NCBI RefSeq assembly: GCF_009914755.1
Contig: NC_060927.1
Length of the DNA stretch: 64,000 bases
Strand: one strand, 5' to 3'
From: the human T2T-CHM13v2.0 reference genome, Homo sapiens
Shown: in pieces, positions 32,181 through 44,930 of the stretch
Layout: the number at the start of each line of letters is the position of its first letter
Numbering within the stretch: position 1 is the first letter of the stretch
Notes under the pieces: generated by a model
What the model saw: only the letters and a program-made list of their open reading frames with translations
Databases searched by the model: none
What the model was told of the DNA's origin: nothing
Translations under genes and position numbers: made by a program

Positions 32181-33537
32181 AAGAGAAAAAAATTTTTGCA
32201 AAGGATTTTCTAGTGCTTTTTATTTTTCACTCAGATGTTTGGCATCACAGAGACACTTCTAAAAAGGAAATAAATTAATTGGTCACAAACAATGTTTTCT
32301 CTTAGCTCCCATTCAAATCATTGTGAACCACAATGTTCTAACTGCATGTTTGTGCTTCCTCAACTTTCATAGCCAAACACCTGCAGTTAACCAACCACAC
32401 ATACCAAAGTATTTTTAACATGACTCAAACTGATCTGGGGAATTGACAACTTCTCAACCTCCAGCTGAATACCAAGCTAAATGTCAGTAGTTTCACAGAG
32501 ACTCTTTTAATGACATGGGAAAGCCTGAGATTTCTCTTTTTTCATGAAGTGACACCCTTGCCTGAGAAAGCTCTATCATATCTCTTCCACTGGATTAACA
32601 GTGCAGACATCTCTATTGTGGATAAACCAAAAGGATCTAGAAGTTCTGGAAGGTTTTATTTTCAAATTCTCTACACCTATTATTGTACCAGACAACTAGG
32701 CTGAGAGAAAATGCAAATGATTCTTAGCTATTACAGTCATTCTCACAGACTCTCCTTCCATTTCAATGTATTTCAAGCAAAAAAGTGCTACTAAAATTCT
32801 TTTCCCCTTTAGAGCAGCAGTAATACCAACTACGCCACTACATATCATTTTTAAACAAGGCTCCATGACTTTCAAAATCCAGGTCAACACGTCAGAAATA
32901 TTTCCTCTAATAACTTTATGTTTTAAGACACACTAAGCTAGCTATATTCTTAGCTATATACTTCAAGATTACCTCTCTACAAGCAATAATACAAGGCCAA
33001 ATTTTTCTCCTGTATAACACTGTTTTATAAAGTTTGTAGTTATTTAATTTTTAGTGAGCAAATAGAATAGTACTTTATCGCAGGCTTTGAATACCTTAAG
33101 AAACAACAGTAAGGAATTTATTATTTATATTACACCTCATATATTAATGAATGCATTTTATGTGTGGGGTTATTAATAACCATACAATGAAAAGGAAAAA
33201 TGTAATTTATTTTGATCTGAAAAAATACATATACATTTCCCTACTGAGCAAAAAGTTCAAAACCACGTAACATGGTTTTTAAGAGATTTGCATATAAGGA
33301 TAACCAATATCAAAATCGAACTTCAAAAGTACTGAATATTTACCATGCACATTAATATCCCACTAAGCTTTAGGCAACAAAATATGCTGGACTTTTGCTT
33401 CTCCAGAGGCTAGCTGCACACTTTGGGGTTTGTGTAAAAATAATTATGTGTGTATTCTCAACCAATTATTTTAGTCACCTTTCTATGCCCCTTAAAACCA
33501 AAAAGTGAATGCTCTATATGAAAACATCCTACCTTAC

Positions 33538-33655
33538 CTGATCTAGGCGTTATTTCCTGACTTGTTTCTAAGGCAACACATGCTCGAGATTGTTGCTTAT
33601 GTGGTATCTCAAATGACAGCAGAAATATTTCATCCCAAATCTGTGTTCTACCCAC
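33538..33655 (-). other. Candidate 118-nt internal exon (unverified)
   Basis: Minus-strand acceptor ttttctatcttgtatcag|G and donor CAG|gtaagg, in non-repeat sequence. Confidence 0.3.
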
Positions 33656-34899
33656 CTGATACAAGATAGAAAATTTCTGCCATTTTTGTTTTATTGGGTC
33701 TTTTTTGTTTAACATTATGGGCACATTTAACAAACTGAAGGAAAAGAAAGAAACACCAAAAACTCAGAATTCATTTGTAGGAGGATCTTCAAGCCACCTG
33801 AATGGAACATTCCTCTCTAATCTTCCACTTGTAGAAACTGCATTACAACTTGCTGCTACCTTCCATTTCTGTTTTTTCTGTAATATATTACTCTCTATTT
33901 TTCTCTAATTTTGATATTGAATTGCAGAAAAAAGATTTTCACAAGGTGTAGGAGAGGGATTCAGGCTACTTGGAACATATTTAGGGAGACAACAAGGTTA
34001 TTTTGCCTAGAAATCTTTTGAACTTCTCCCTAGCATCCCATACAGCATGGTACAAGTTGAGTTTCCTGAGTTTTGGCTTTATCCAGGTACTTTTGATCAT
34101 CTGTACATGAAGCATTGTGCTACTTTCAGGCTGGAATTAGCCAAGCACATGAAAGCCACCATTCCTTGAAACCTGGATGAAAATAAAACAAAAACTGGTA
34201 GTCAGGCTATTGCCACAATTTAGATTCATAGCATTTAATTCAATATGCATTTACTAAAAAGTTATGATGTTCGAGACACTGAACTTGACCTCAAGGAGTT
34301 TCACACATCAAGATAAGGAAGAATGTCAAAGAAACTTAGATGCCACGTCTTTTTTGTCTAAAAAAAGGGGAGAGAAGCTAGGATATATAGTCTTGATTTT
34401 GTGTTCTGAGAGCTGGAAGCAAGATTTTCATAGCCTTGAAAATAAATATAGCAGACTAGAAATAATACTGATAATTTTTTTGAAGTCAGTGTAATAAAGG
34501 ACTAAAATATTAATAAATTTGAATTATTATTATTTATCATTACTATTACTTTCTACTTTACAACTAAAAGAACTTTTTATCCCACCTGTGGGAATTTCAG
34601 AGCTCAAAGAACAAACACGTATTGGGCAATTAATCCATGTCAGGCATTACACTAGGAATTATACATCTTTTTGCTTAGCACAGTGCTGAGATTGATCTTG
34701 GCCTTGCAAAATATTGACAGAAAAACTAGAATATGTTTTAATTTTTTTAGGTCTCCATGAAGTAACTTCTAGCTTTGTATGAAGGAAATTCCCAGAACAT
34801 GAACCACGTCCATCTTGAAACCAAAAAGCAAATGCTGATGAATTCTGAATTTCCAGCTGCCTGGGACTCACTTATTGAACTCCATTATCAGTGTTAAAT

Positions 34900-35320
34900 G
34901 AAACCATGTTGGAGCCCGAGGTAAAAAGAAAAAAATTAAAAGTGTGAATCTACATATACCTAACAAAATATCCTCCTATATTTTGAACCAAGTGGGAAAG
35001 TTAACAAAAGTTCTACAATTAAAATAGTTTACACATCATTGTCAGCCTTCATAGATCCTCCTGGCAGAAGCCAAGAGGGTTGCACTGGCTGAGAATTGTG
35101 AGCTGATTGGAAACAACTGTTCCTGTTGCATAATAACACAGGACTGTCAGGCAAACAAACAAGATGTCTTTATTTACATTTTTGTTTTTTTAATCATGAA
35201 TTTTTGCATTAATTTTGATTTTTTAAAATATTGTATTAAAATACTGTTTTCATTTCTGAGTTTTTTGGTACCTTCTTAAATTTTTCTCTGAGGTAGTGAT
35301 GCTAATCCCAGCTCAGCCTT
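34900..35320. mobile_element. hAT-type DNA transposon remnant (MER96-like)
   Basis: 'ttggagcccgaggtaaaaagaaaa' and 'tttttgcattaattttgatttttttaaaatattgtattaaaata...gagttttttggtaccttcttaaatttt'. Confidence 0.45.
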
Positions 35321-35473
35321 GTTCATTATTATAATTTATCTAACGTTGACTTCAGTTTCAAAACTTCTTTCTCATCCAGCCTGTTCATTGAACCAAGACT
35401 GGTTCTTGAGGCACAGTCAGGTGATTAAAAAGTCAGAAAATGAATGGAAAAGAAGCTTAAAAGATGAACACTG

Positions 35474-35753
35474 TCACACCTGTAATCCCAGCACTTTGGG
35501 AGGCCAAGGTGGGTGAATCAACTGAGGTCAGGAGTTCAAGACCAGCCTGGCCAACATGGTGAAACCCCCATCTCTACTAAAAATACAAAAATTAGCCAGG
35601 CGTGGTGGCGGGCGCTTGTAATCCCAGCTACTTGGGAGGCTGAGGCAGGAGAATCGCTTGAACCCAGGAGGTGGAGGTTGCAGTGAGCCGAGATCTGTGC
35701 CACTGCACTCCAGCCTGAGTGACAAGAGCAAAACTCTGTCTCAAAAAAAAAAA
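35474..35753 (+). mobile_element. AluSq-like, 5' truncated by about 17 nt
   Basis: Starts 'tcacacctgtaatcc'; TSD AAAAGATGAACACTG / AAGAGATGAATACTG. Confidence 0.93.
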
Positions 35754-36929
35754 AAGAGATGAATACTGATAATGCAAAAAGTTTTTTAAAAACCTACAAC
35801 ATACTAAATACTTAAGAGTTAACTGTATTTTCTTTACAATTATTTACTGGTGGCATTTTGAATTGTTTAATCTTATTTTGAGAGGTTGCTGTTAGTGATG
35901 CTTTAACTTTTTCATATTTTCAGAAAGACTTTTATAACCATTATTTTGTTTAAAGCCTAGTTGAGTATATTGGATCCCTACTGTAGATTTAAAGGAAATA
36001 ATGTTTTTTAATTGAGTCATTAAAAATGACAAAAGTAATAGATTTTTTAATAAATGTTTTTCATTCTACCTTCAGAGTTCACTGAGTGAATCAGAGGCCC
36101 TTGTTAACCTCACTTCTAGATTGTTCCAAGTGGTACGTGTCACATCTTAAGTGACTAACTGAACACATTTTACTCAACTAAGTGGCCTGGATCAATTATG
36201 CAGAGATATAGTGAAAGTTTGCCTTTCAGTGAATGTTTCCTTTTTTTAAAAAAGTTCAGTGTTTATTACATATATGTACTAGTCTCACTCAAAGACAGAA
36301 AACCACCTTTTTTCAGCATATTTGATCTAAATCTCAGAGTGAAGGAGCTATCCATAATAAACCAACTGGCTGAATGAATTCCTCTAAGCCCTTTAGAGGG
36401 CAGAGCAAACATTTGGGGTTGCAAAAAGTATGACCTGGGTACATCTGCACATGGATAAGTGAACTCAGAAAGCTCATATCACGTATTTATGTGCTATGGC
36501 TGATTTAAAAAAAAATCTTAGAATTATAATTTGGGTCTGATTTGTTAGACACCATTAAAGGGTTCTAATACAACAGCTTGTATTCTCAAGTTTCTAAATT
36601 TCCTTTTGTATGCCAAGTACCATTGCATTTATATAGCACATCTTGCTATTATTTATTAAGAGGCAAATTACTGCTTTATTTTGTCCCAGGCATATGGCTT
36701 GTACACAGTTAACTCTGTCCTTCATTGCAGTAATGAATTTTTATTTTAATCCTTTACATTTATTAATAGCTTTCCCCCATTTTTTCCCCTTTGTCTTTCC
36801 AAGGAGAGTAGAACCCCTCTTTACCTTAACTCGTAGTAAAACACTTTTAATTTTGGCCATCCAAAAAAAAAGAAAATATTTCAGGAATGTCTTTTTAACT
36901 TTTTGTTTCCTGATAAACTAACTCATCAC

Positions 36930-37112
36930 TAGCTTTAGAGTCAGATCTTGTTGGAACCCAACTCCAACACTGACAAGCCAAGTGACCCTATCCTAGGCAA
37001 ATAACATTACCTCCCTGGCCTCCTTTCTCATCAGCTTCATGTGAATGGTAGTGCCTATCTCAAAGCCAAATTGTAGGGATTACAGCAATAACTTATCTAA
37101 TGTGCCTAGTAC
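36930..37112 (+). mobile_element. MIR fragment
   Basis: 'gctttagagtcagatc...ggcaaataacattacctc...agtgcctatctca...ttgtagggatta'. Confidence 0.6.
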
Positions 37113-38553
37113 TTCTTAACCAGCAATTTCAAATGGTTCGACTTAATTGCAAGGGTTCAACAGATTATGGCTTCTGTGTTTTCCCTGGAAAGAGTCTGGC
37201 TGGGCAGGGACTTCCAGGGCTTTTGGCTTGTCTGAGATGAAATGCAGTTTATCTCATGCAAAGCTCATAGAAAATAAGGTGAGCACCTAGGTATAAGATG
37301 TTTACCTTGATGGCCAACTAAGATGGTTGATTCTTTTTGCCTTTACTACAGGCTTTCATTAGTTTTGACAGATATTCAACCAAAAGCTGGCTCTGCCCTG
37401 TCTTTTACAGAGACAAAATTATTTTCATTTATTTAGTCGTTTTCCAGTTCTGCATGGGTTGTATTGCTAAAGTACACAGAAACTTTTTTTCCTCTTTTTC
37501 CCTTTAGGAAAGCCCAAGATGGAATCTTAATTTCTTAAACAGTAAGTGTTTTGTTAAATTTCTATCGTAAGTTTTCATGACCCATGATAAGAAGAGATAT
37601 TTCAGAAAAGACTGCAGAGATCACAGGATGCTACTGCTTACAGATGACACTGTTTCTGAAAGGCAAATGAATAAAGTTAAATTGCTAACTTCAACATAGC
37701 CTTGGTTTATATCTCAAACAACAAAGATATCTGAAAAAGTTTTATTTTTTATTCCAACTTCTATAGGCTTTTTTTTTTTTGCTTTCTTTGACAAAAGTGA
37801 ACTTCCTTTTCTTTTACTCATTCCCAGTAGGACAAATCCTCATTTTGTTACTACAACCTTTCAGTTCCCTGCCTTAGGGCAAAGCTCCGTTTGACATTAA
37901 TGGAAGCTCCAAGTCTGGCCCAGAAATGTGGGGACAAGACGCAAAGATGAGATCGTGAATGAGGCCATGAAAGTTAATATTCATAAACTCAAATGTACTT
38001 TCATGATGTTCAAATAGAGAAATAAAAATATATCAGCATTTCAGCAAAACATTTGTTATTCCTGCAAGCTTTATTATTAATTTATTTAGAAAGATGGTTG
38101 GCAGAGATACAAGGAAAAAGACCGTGGAAACTTGAACTAGGATTACAGACCCATTCCTGTTTTTCTCTCAAGGACTTAGTCTAACACTTCTCACATGTTT
38201 TCTTTTCACACATTTTCCAGTCATTCCTCATCAGGTTTCACCACTGTGTATATCATATTTTCATCAACCCAAAACTTATTGTGACACTTTGAAAACACTT
38301 TTTGAATCAAAGAGAAACCGGCACAGCTTACTAATGAAACTAGTAAGTTACCTCAACTCTCATAAATATCTTTTAATCACGAGTAATCTTTTGGTTAAAT
38401 CCTTGTTCTTCTTATAACTCAGAAGTGATAGTTAATTTTTTAATTATCGAAGTTTTGTGCTCACATTGATTATATTTAATTTAAACCTTAAATGGAATAG
38501 ATTTGGGGGAATTATGATGATTCCTCTTCAACATCTCAAATAAAAATTTTTCT

Positions 38554-38861
38554 GGCCAGGTGCGGTGGCTCACACCTGTAATCCCAGCACTTTGGGAGGC
38601 CAAGGCGGGCAGATAAGTTGAGGTCAGCAGTTTGACACCAGCCTGGCCAACATGGTGAAACCCCGTCTCTACTAAAAATACCAAAAAAAAAAAAAAAATT
38701 AGCCAGGCGTGGTTGTGGGCACCCCTAATCCCAGCTACTCAGGAGGCTGAGGCAAGAGAATCACTTGAGCCTGGAGGGGGAGGTTGCAGTGAGCCAAGAT
38801 TTCCCCACTGCACTCCAGCCTGGTCAACAGAGCGAGACTCCAACTCAAAAAAAAAAAAAAA
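38554..38861 (+). mobile_element. AluS with expanded middle A-tract
   Basis: Full dimer; AAAAATTTTT(T)CT on both sides. Confidence 0.93.
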
Positions 38862-39050
38862 TTTTTTTCTTTGGCCTTTGGAGGCCATTTCCACCTACCT
38901 AAAATGTTAATAGGATTGGCATGGATTGCTTTTTTTTTTCCTTTCCTTCTTTATACCGTATTTCATTTTTTCCTCTGTACTTTTCAAACTTTCTACAAAG
39001 CTAGTAATAAGTTAAAAAGATTTTAATCAAATAAGGTATAAACTAACTTC

Positions 39051-39356
39051 TTTTGTGTGTGTGTGTGAGATGGAATCTTGCTCTGTCGCCTAGGCTGGAG
39101 TGCAGTGGCCCAATCTCGGCTCACTGCAACCTCTACCTCAGGGTTCAAGCAATTCTCCTGCCTCGGCTTCCTGAGTAGCTGGGATTACAGGTGCCTGCCA
39201 CTACACCCAGCTAATTTTTATATTTTTAGTAGAGATGAAGTTTCACCATGTTGGCCAGGCCTGTCTTTAGGTATATAAAAAAGTGACTTCAGGTGATCCG
39301 CCCACTTTGGCCTCCCAAAGTGCTGGGATTATGGGCATGAGCCACTGCACCTGGTC
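39051..39356 (-). mobile_element. AluS with (TG)n tail and B-box disrupted by foreign sequence
   Basis: Consensus 'ggtctcgaactcctgacc' is replaced by 'tgtctttaggtatataaaaaagtgactt'. Confidence 0.92.
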
Positions 39357-39716
39357 TAACCTGTTTCTTTTAGGACAAAGTTTCTCACAGTTCTGTGGAA
39401 GAAGTAGGTTTTGAACAAGATTCTGAATGGAGGTAATGCTGTGACTTGGCAGAGATGAGAGGAGAGAAGCAATGCTTAGAGAACAGTGACAGATAAGGGT
39501 TATTCCACAGGAAGCATCATTTTTGTGACCAACTTTGAAGCACATTGGAACGAGTTCAGAACTTAGGGAGGATTGTATTCACTGTCATTTTCACAGCAAA
39601 GATACTGCAAGGTCACTCTTGTGTTGTAATGATGATTCCTATAGCAATGTTTGCATAAACTAGATTCTGCTAATATATTTTCTTCGATTGACTGCTAGTT
39701 ACTGCTCTGTCTAGTT

Positions 39717-40070
39717 CACTGGATTTTGAACATTTTTGTTGAAAACTCACATATGAAATATATTTTATATATGGCAACCCAGTATGCATAAGCATGCACA
39801 CAAACACATTCACATCATATACCTAGACCTGTATCAATACCTATATCCATATCAATACCCATATTTTTAGGTATATAAAAATGTTGTACATAAAAATGTT
39901 GTGCTGCAATATTTACCTTTGCAACATAGAATACACTCCTGTTCTATTCTACTCTATCCTTCTCTATTCTATTCTCTCTTGCTCTATTCAGTTATTTCCA
40001 TTCCATTGTACTCCACTTAAAAAGAAATAGTGGCTGTGACCTACTAAGGCCCATCACTTGAAAAATGCTA
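39717..40070. mobile_element. hAT-Charlie non-autonomous element (MER-type MITE)
   Basis: Degenerate TIRs 'cactggattttgaacattttt' / 'ttgaaaaatgcta'; internal 'ggcaacccag', 'gtgacctactaa' and (CTATT)n. Flanks GTCTAGTT / GCTTAGTA resemble an 8-bp hAT TSD. Confidence 0.6.
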
Positions 40071-40637
40071 GCTTAGTAAATGCTTGGGTGACAAAGTCCT
40101 TCTGCCTGAAAACGGAAGCATGGCAAATATAATATTTTGTTTTTATAATATATTGTTACAACAGTCCCAGCTTAATACAAAAAAAAAGCCCAGGCCTGTG
40201 GAAGTATAAAAGATAAAATAATATTCTATAATTAGAATCACCAGGGCTTGTCTTGGGACCTTTGGTGGTGGCAAGAGAGAACTGAAAATGACTCGTGTTA
40301 TGTACCTAAAGGATCTGAAGCCAGTGACTTTGTGGAGAGTACTGGAAACATCAGAAAAGGGTAATGGTTTGAGGGTATGATGTGGCCCTTTACTCTTTTT
40401 TTCAGACAGAAATTTTTGTCCATTTATGTAGTTCAAAATGATCAAACTATCAATGTGTCTTTTTCCCTGTCTTTTAAAAAATAACTTTTATTTTCTATTA
40501 ATTCATAAGCATTACACAGTGAGTTATTTTTATTTCTATATCTTTCTTTATTTGCCACAGTAGAGCATATGATGTTCTATAATAATATGGAATACAGACA
40601 TGTTAAAAAACAGTTTGTTTACTGAAACATTTTTCTT

Positions 40638-40931
40638 CTTCTTTTTTTTTTTGAGACAGAGTCTCGCTCTGTCGCCAGGCTGGAGTGCTGTGGCGCAATC
40701 TCAGCTCACTGCAACCTCTAGCTCCCTGGTTCAAGCGATTCTCCTGTCTTAGCTTCCTGAGTAGCTGGGATTACAGGCATGTGCCACCATGCCCGGCTAA
40801 TTTTTGTATTTTTAGTAGAGACAAAGTTTCACCATATTGGCAAGGATGGTCTCGATCTCCTTACCTCGTGATCCACCTGCCTCGGCCTCCCAAAGTGCTG
40901 GGATTACAGGCTTGAGCCACCACGCCCAGCC
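40638..40931 (-). mobile_element. AluSc
   Basis: 'tgtcgccagg' 1-bp deletion plus 'ggatggtctcgatctc..acctcgtgatcc'; TSD TGAAACATTYTTCTT. Confidence 0.92.
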
Positions 40932-41117
40932 TGAAACATTCTTCTTAAGAAGTTGCATGTGTGCAATTCTCTCCTCTCTTTATTTGCCAGCACTTAGTAC
41001 AATTGAGAGGCCTTCTGTTTGCAAGAGGGAAGAGTTTGGCCTAAGACAGAACTTAGTTTAAATTCCAGCTTCTGACACTTAAACAGCCTTGGAATCTTAG
41101 AAAAGAGTGTAGTGTCT

Positions 41118-41770
41118 CAATTAGTCAGAATGTTTTCAGTGGCAAGTAACAGAATCTCAAATCAACCACTATTTCTTTTTAAGTGGTGTCCAGTGGAATG
41201 GAAATAACTGAGTAGAGGAAGACAGAATAGAATAGAGAAGGATAGAGTAGAAAAGAACAGGAGTTTATTCTATGTTGCAAGGGTAAATATTGGGCAAAAA
41301 GGGAAATCTAAGTCTAACATGACTGTGTCATTATCTTGCAAATAATGATTCCAGGCATCTATGACTCTTTCTTTCAGAACTCTCTTTCTTTCTCTGTGTT
41401 AGCTTTATTCTCAGTCTCACTATAAGTCTCCTTGTGTTAGCAAAAAAAAGGTCTCTAACAGCTCCAAACTTGTATTCTACAGTTTAACAACTCCAAGGGA
41501 AAGAGAACTACATTCCTAAATGTTTTAGAAAAATGCTCTGGGGCTAATGTTGATTGGTTATAATTCATCTGAATTGAGTCATATGCCCATCTCTGAACTA
41601 ATTGCTATAACAAAGAAGATGCATTGCCTTCACTTGCTAAGCATGGGTCACGAACCCACCCCTACAACCTGGAGAGGATCCATCCATCTGAACCACATGA
41701 GTGAAGAGTAAGGGTTCTCCAAAGGAAAATTAGAAAACACAAGGTGAATAAGAGGCAAAAAATAATAGCC
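41118..41770 (-). mobile_element. MLT1 (J/K/L-like) MaLR LTR inside a MIR, carrying a 126-bp foreign insert
   Basis: 'ttagtcagaatgttttcagtggcaagtaacagaatctcaaatcaa...gcaaaaagggaa' and 'gagtcatatgcccatctctgaactaattgcta'. MIR-like sequence at ~41030-41115 and ~41770-41895. Confidence 0.65.
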
Positions 41771-43603
41771 ACTTCATCTCATAAAGCTTTAGTTTCTTTA
41801 TATCTAAAATTTGGATGAATTTTGAATAAATTTTCTCTGAAGATTAGAAATAGGGAGAAGATTAAAAAAATCTGGCAAAAGAGTAGTTACTCAATGAGAG
41901 AGCAAATGAAAATAACAAAGCAAACAGAGTAAAATGGTAACAACAGGGGAATTAGGTAAAAGGATACATTAGTTTTCCTTTTACTATTTTTATTTTTTAA
42001 AGTTTGAAATTATTTCCATATAAAATATATTTTTCCATATAAAAAAGAGCATCTCTGACTTCTGGTTTCCTGTTCCACATGTAAAGACCTTGGAAACAAT
42101 GGCTGTGTCCTAACAACGAGTGAAAAAAGAACTGAACAAACGGAAAAAGCAATAACTCTTCTTGAGTCTTAAAGAAAGAGGAGGACATGAGGCAAGCCAC
42201 TGCCCTCAAAGTGGAGAGACAGGTGGATACAGCGAATGCCAGAGCAGATGTGCAAGCTGAGACGTCAGGAAGCAGCGTCAGGGGAGGAAAACACAAACCG
42301 CAGTGGACAAATTGATGGAGGCTCATTGTGGACACTTCTGAGAGAGAAAAACTCCAGGAGAACCCAGTTATAGGGAGGCTCCCACAATACTGTGAGATTT
42401 ATGTTCAGGAGATCAAGCAAATTACCACAGTAAATGCCGGAGGAAAAAATCTCCTCACACTTCTGTCAGGGGGATGGGAAAAGGAACCATTTTGAAAGAT
42501 ATCAGAGCATTTTGTTCTTAACAAGAGCCTCAGGAGAAGCTAATTAACAGAAGTCTAACCTTCTGGGGCATTATCAGAGCCTAACTAACCTGGAGAAGGG
42601 AAATATCCAAATCCACTCAGCTCTGGCCTTTCACATAGGAGAAGGGAAATATCCAACTCTGCATCCTCTAGCTTTCCATGTTGGGGAAAGGAAAATACCC
42701 AGCTCCAGCCTCCTCTAACCATACTGTTCCACTTAAGTGAGGGGACTGGAAGGCACTGTGAAGTAACAGCCCAGAGGCACAGCCTCACTAAAAGAGTTGA
42801 AACTTAATCATAGGACTACAGAACACTCTTTCTTCCCTCATACCTTATCACCACATGACTAAGGCCTACTTAACCGAATTATTTTTTACCCAGTAAATCA
42901 TGTCTTCCTCTAAACAAAAAATTACAAGTTATACTGTAAGGCAGAAAAACAGTTTGAAGAGGCTGAATAAGCATCTGAACCAACCATACATGGCGGGAAT
43001 GTTGGAATTAAGCCAAGAATTTTTTAAACTATAATTAATATGATAATGGCTTTAATGGAAAAACTAAGCATGCAAAAAGGGGCAGATTATATAAGCAGAA
43101 AGATGGAAATTCTAGGACTGAATCAATCAGAAATACTAGATATCAAAAATGCATCCACAGGAATAAAGTATGCCTTTAATGGGTTCATTAGTAAACTGGA
43201 CAAGGCTGAGGAAAGACTCTCTTAGCCTGAGGATATGACCATGGAAACTTCCAAAATTGAAAAGCAAAGTGAAAACAGAAAAAAAATAGAACAGAATATC
43301 CAAGCTCTGTGGGACAACTAGAAAACATGTAATCTATTCATACTGAGGAATACCAGGAGAAGAAAGAGAGAAACAGAACAAATATTTGAAACAATAATGA
43401 CTAAAAATTTCCAAAGATTAACGTCAGACACCAAGTTATAAAATTAGGAAGCTCAGAGACCATTAAACAGGATAAATGCCCAAAAAACAACAGCTAGGCC
43501 TACTATATTCAAATTATAGAAAATGGAAGATAAAAACTTCTGAAAGAAGCCAGGGGCGAGGGAAGGGGACGTGGGGAGGGGTCAGGGAACCTTTCCTATA
43601 AAG

Positions 43604-43947
43604 CAGGGGTCCTCACCCCTGGGCCAGAGACCTGTACTGATCTGTGGCCTGTTAGGAAATGGGCTGCACAGCAGCAGGTGAACGGCAGCAATGGAGTATT
43701 ACCACCTGAGCTCCGCCTCCTGTCAGATCAGCTGCAGCATTAGATTCTCATAGGAGCGTGAACGCTATCGTGAACTGCACATGCAAGGGATCTAGGTTGC
43801 ACACTCCTTATGAGAATCCAATTAATGCCTGATGATCTGAGGTGGAAGACTTTCAACCCAAAACCAATCCCACCCCCTGACCCCATCTGTGGAAAAATTG
43901 TCTTCCATCAAACTGGTTCCTGATGTCAAAAAGTCTGGGGACTGCTG
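43604..43947 (+). mobile_element. MER1B (hAT-Charlie)
   Basis: 'caggggtcc...tgtggcctgttaggaa...gagctccgcctcctgtcagatcagc...cattagattctcataggagc...ggggactgctg'. Confidence 0.9.
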
Positions 43948-44643
43948 CTTAGAAAAGCAAATTATATTTGACTTCTCAGAAACTATGCAAGCAAGAATAA
44001 AGCGGAATCAAATCTATATAGTATTGAGAGAAAAAAACCACTAATCTAGAACCTTGTACCCTGTGAAATTATTCTTCAAAAGTGAAGAAGAAATAAAGAG
44101 TTTCTTAGACAAATAAAAATGGAGAAAATTTGTTGCCAGTAGGCCTGCCTTGCAAGAAATGTTAAAAGAAGATCATCAGAAAGAAGGAAAGTGACCTAGG
44201 TCAGAAACTCGCATCTACGTGAAGAAAATAAGACCAACAAAGAGAAGATAAGTGAAAGTAAGAAAAAAACTTTTCTGATTGTTGATTGATCTAACAGATA
44301 ATAATTTTTTCAAAATAACAATAGTAACAATGTTTTTGATTATATATGTTTATGTATGATTATATATGAGTGAAATGAATGACAGCAGTGATACAAAGAA
44401 TGTGCTGAAGAAATTCAATTTTTTAAGTTATTCACACTATCTCTGAAATGCTATTGTATAATTTAAAAGTGGATTTGGATTAGGTGTAAATGTTTATTGC
44501 AAACACTAGGAAAACCTTTTTTAAAAATAAAGAAGAAAAATAAATAAGCTAAGAAGGGAAAGAAAATGGATCTGTAAAATAATCAATTAAAACCACAAAA
44601 AGCAGAAGTAATGGGAGACAAAAACAGAAATAAAGAACAGAGG

Positions 44644-44930
44644 GGCCAGGCATGCTTGTAATACCAGTACTTCGGGAGGCCAAGGCAGGAGGGTTGCTTG
44701 AGGCCAGGAGTTTGAGACCAGCCTGGGCAATACAGTGAGACACCATCTCTACAAAAAAAATTTTTTTTAATTAGCTCAGCATGGTGGCACATGCCTGTAG
44801 TCCTAGCTACTCAGGAGGCTGAGGCAGGAGGATCTCTTGAGCCCAGGAGTTTGAGACCACAGTGAGCTGTGATCATACTACTGCACTTCACACTTGGTGA
44901 CAGAGTGAGACATCTGAAGAAGGAAAGAAA
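44644..44930 (+). mobile_element. AluJ
   Basis: 'gggttgcttgaggccaggagtttgagaccagcctgggcaa' and 'gaggatctcttgagcccaggagtttgag' are J-type diagnostics. Confidence 0.88.
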
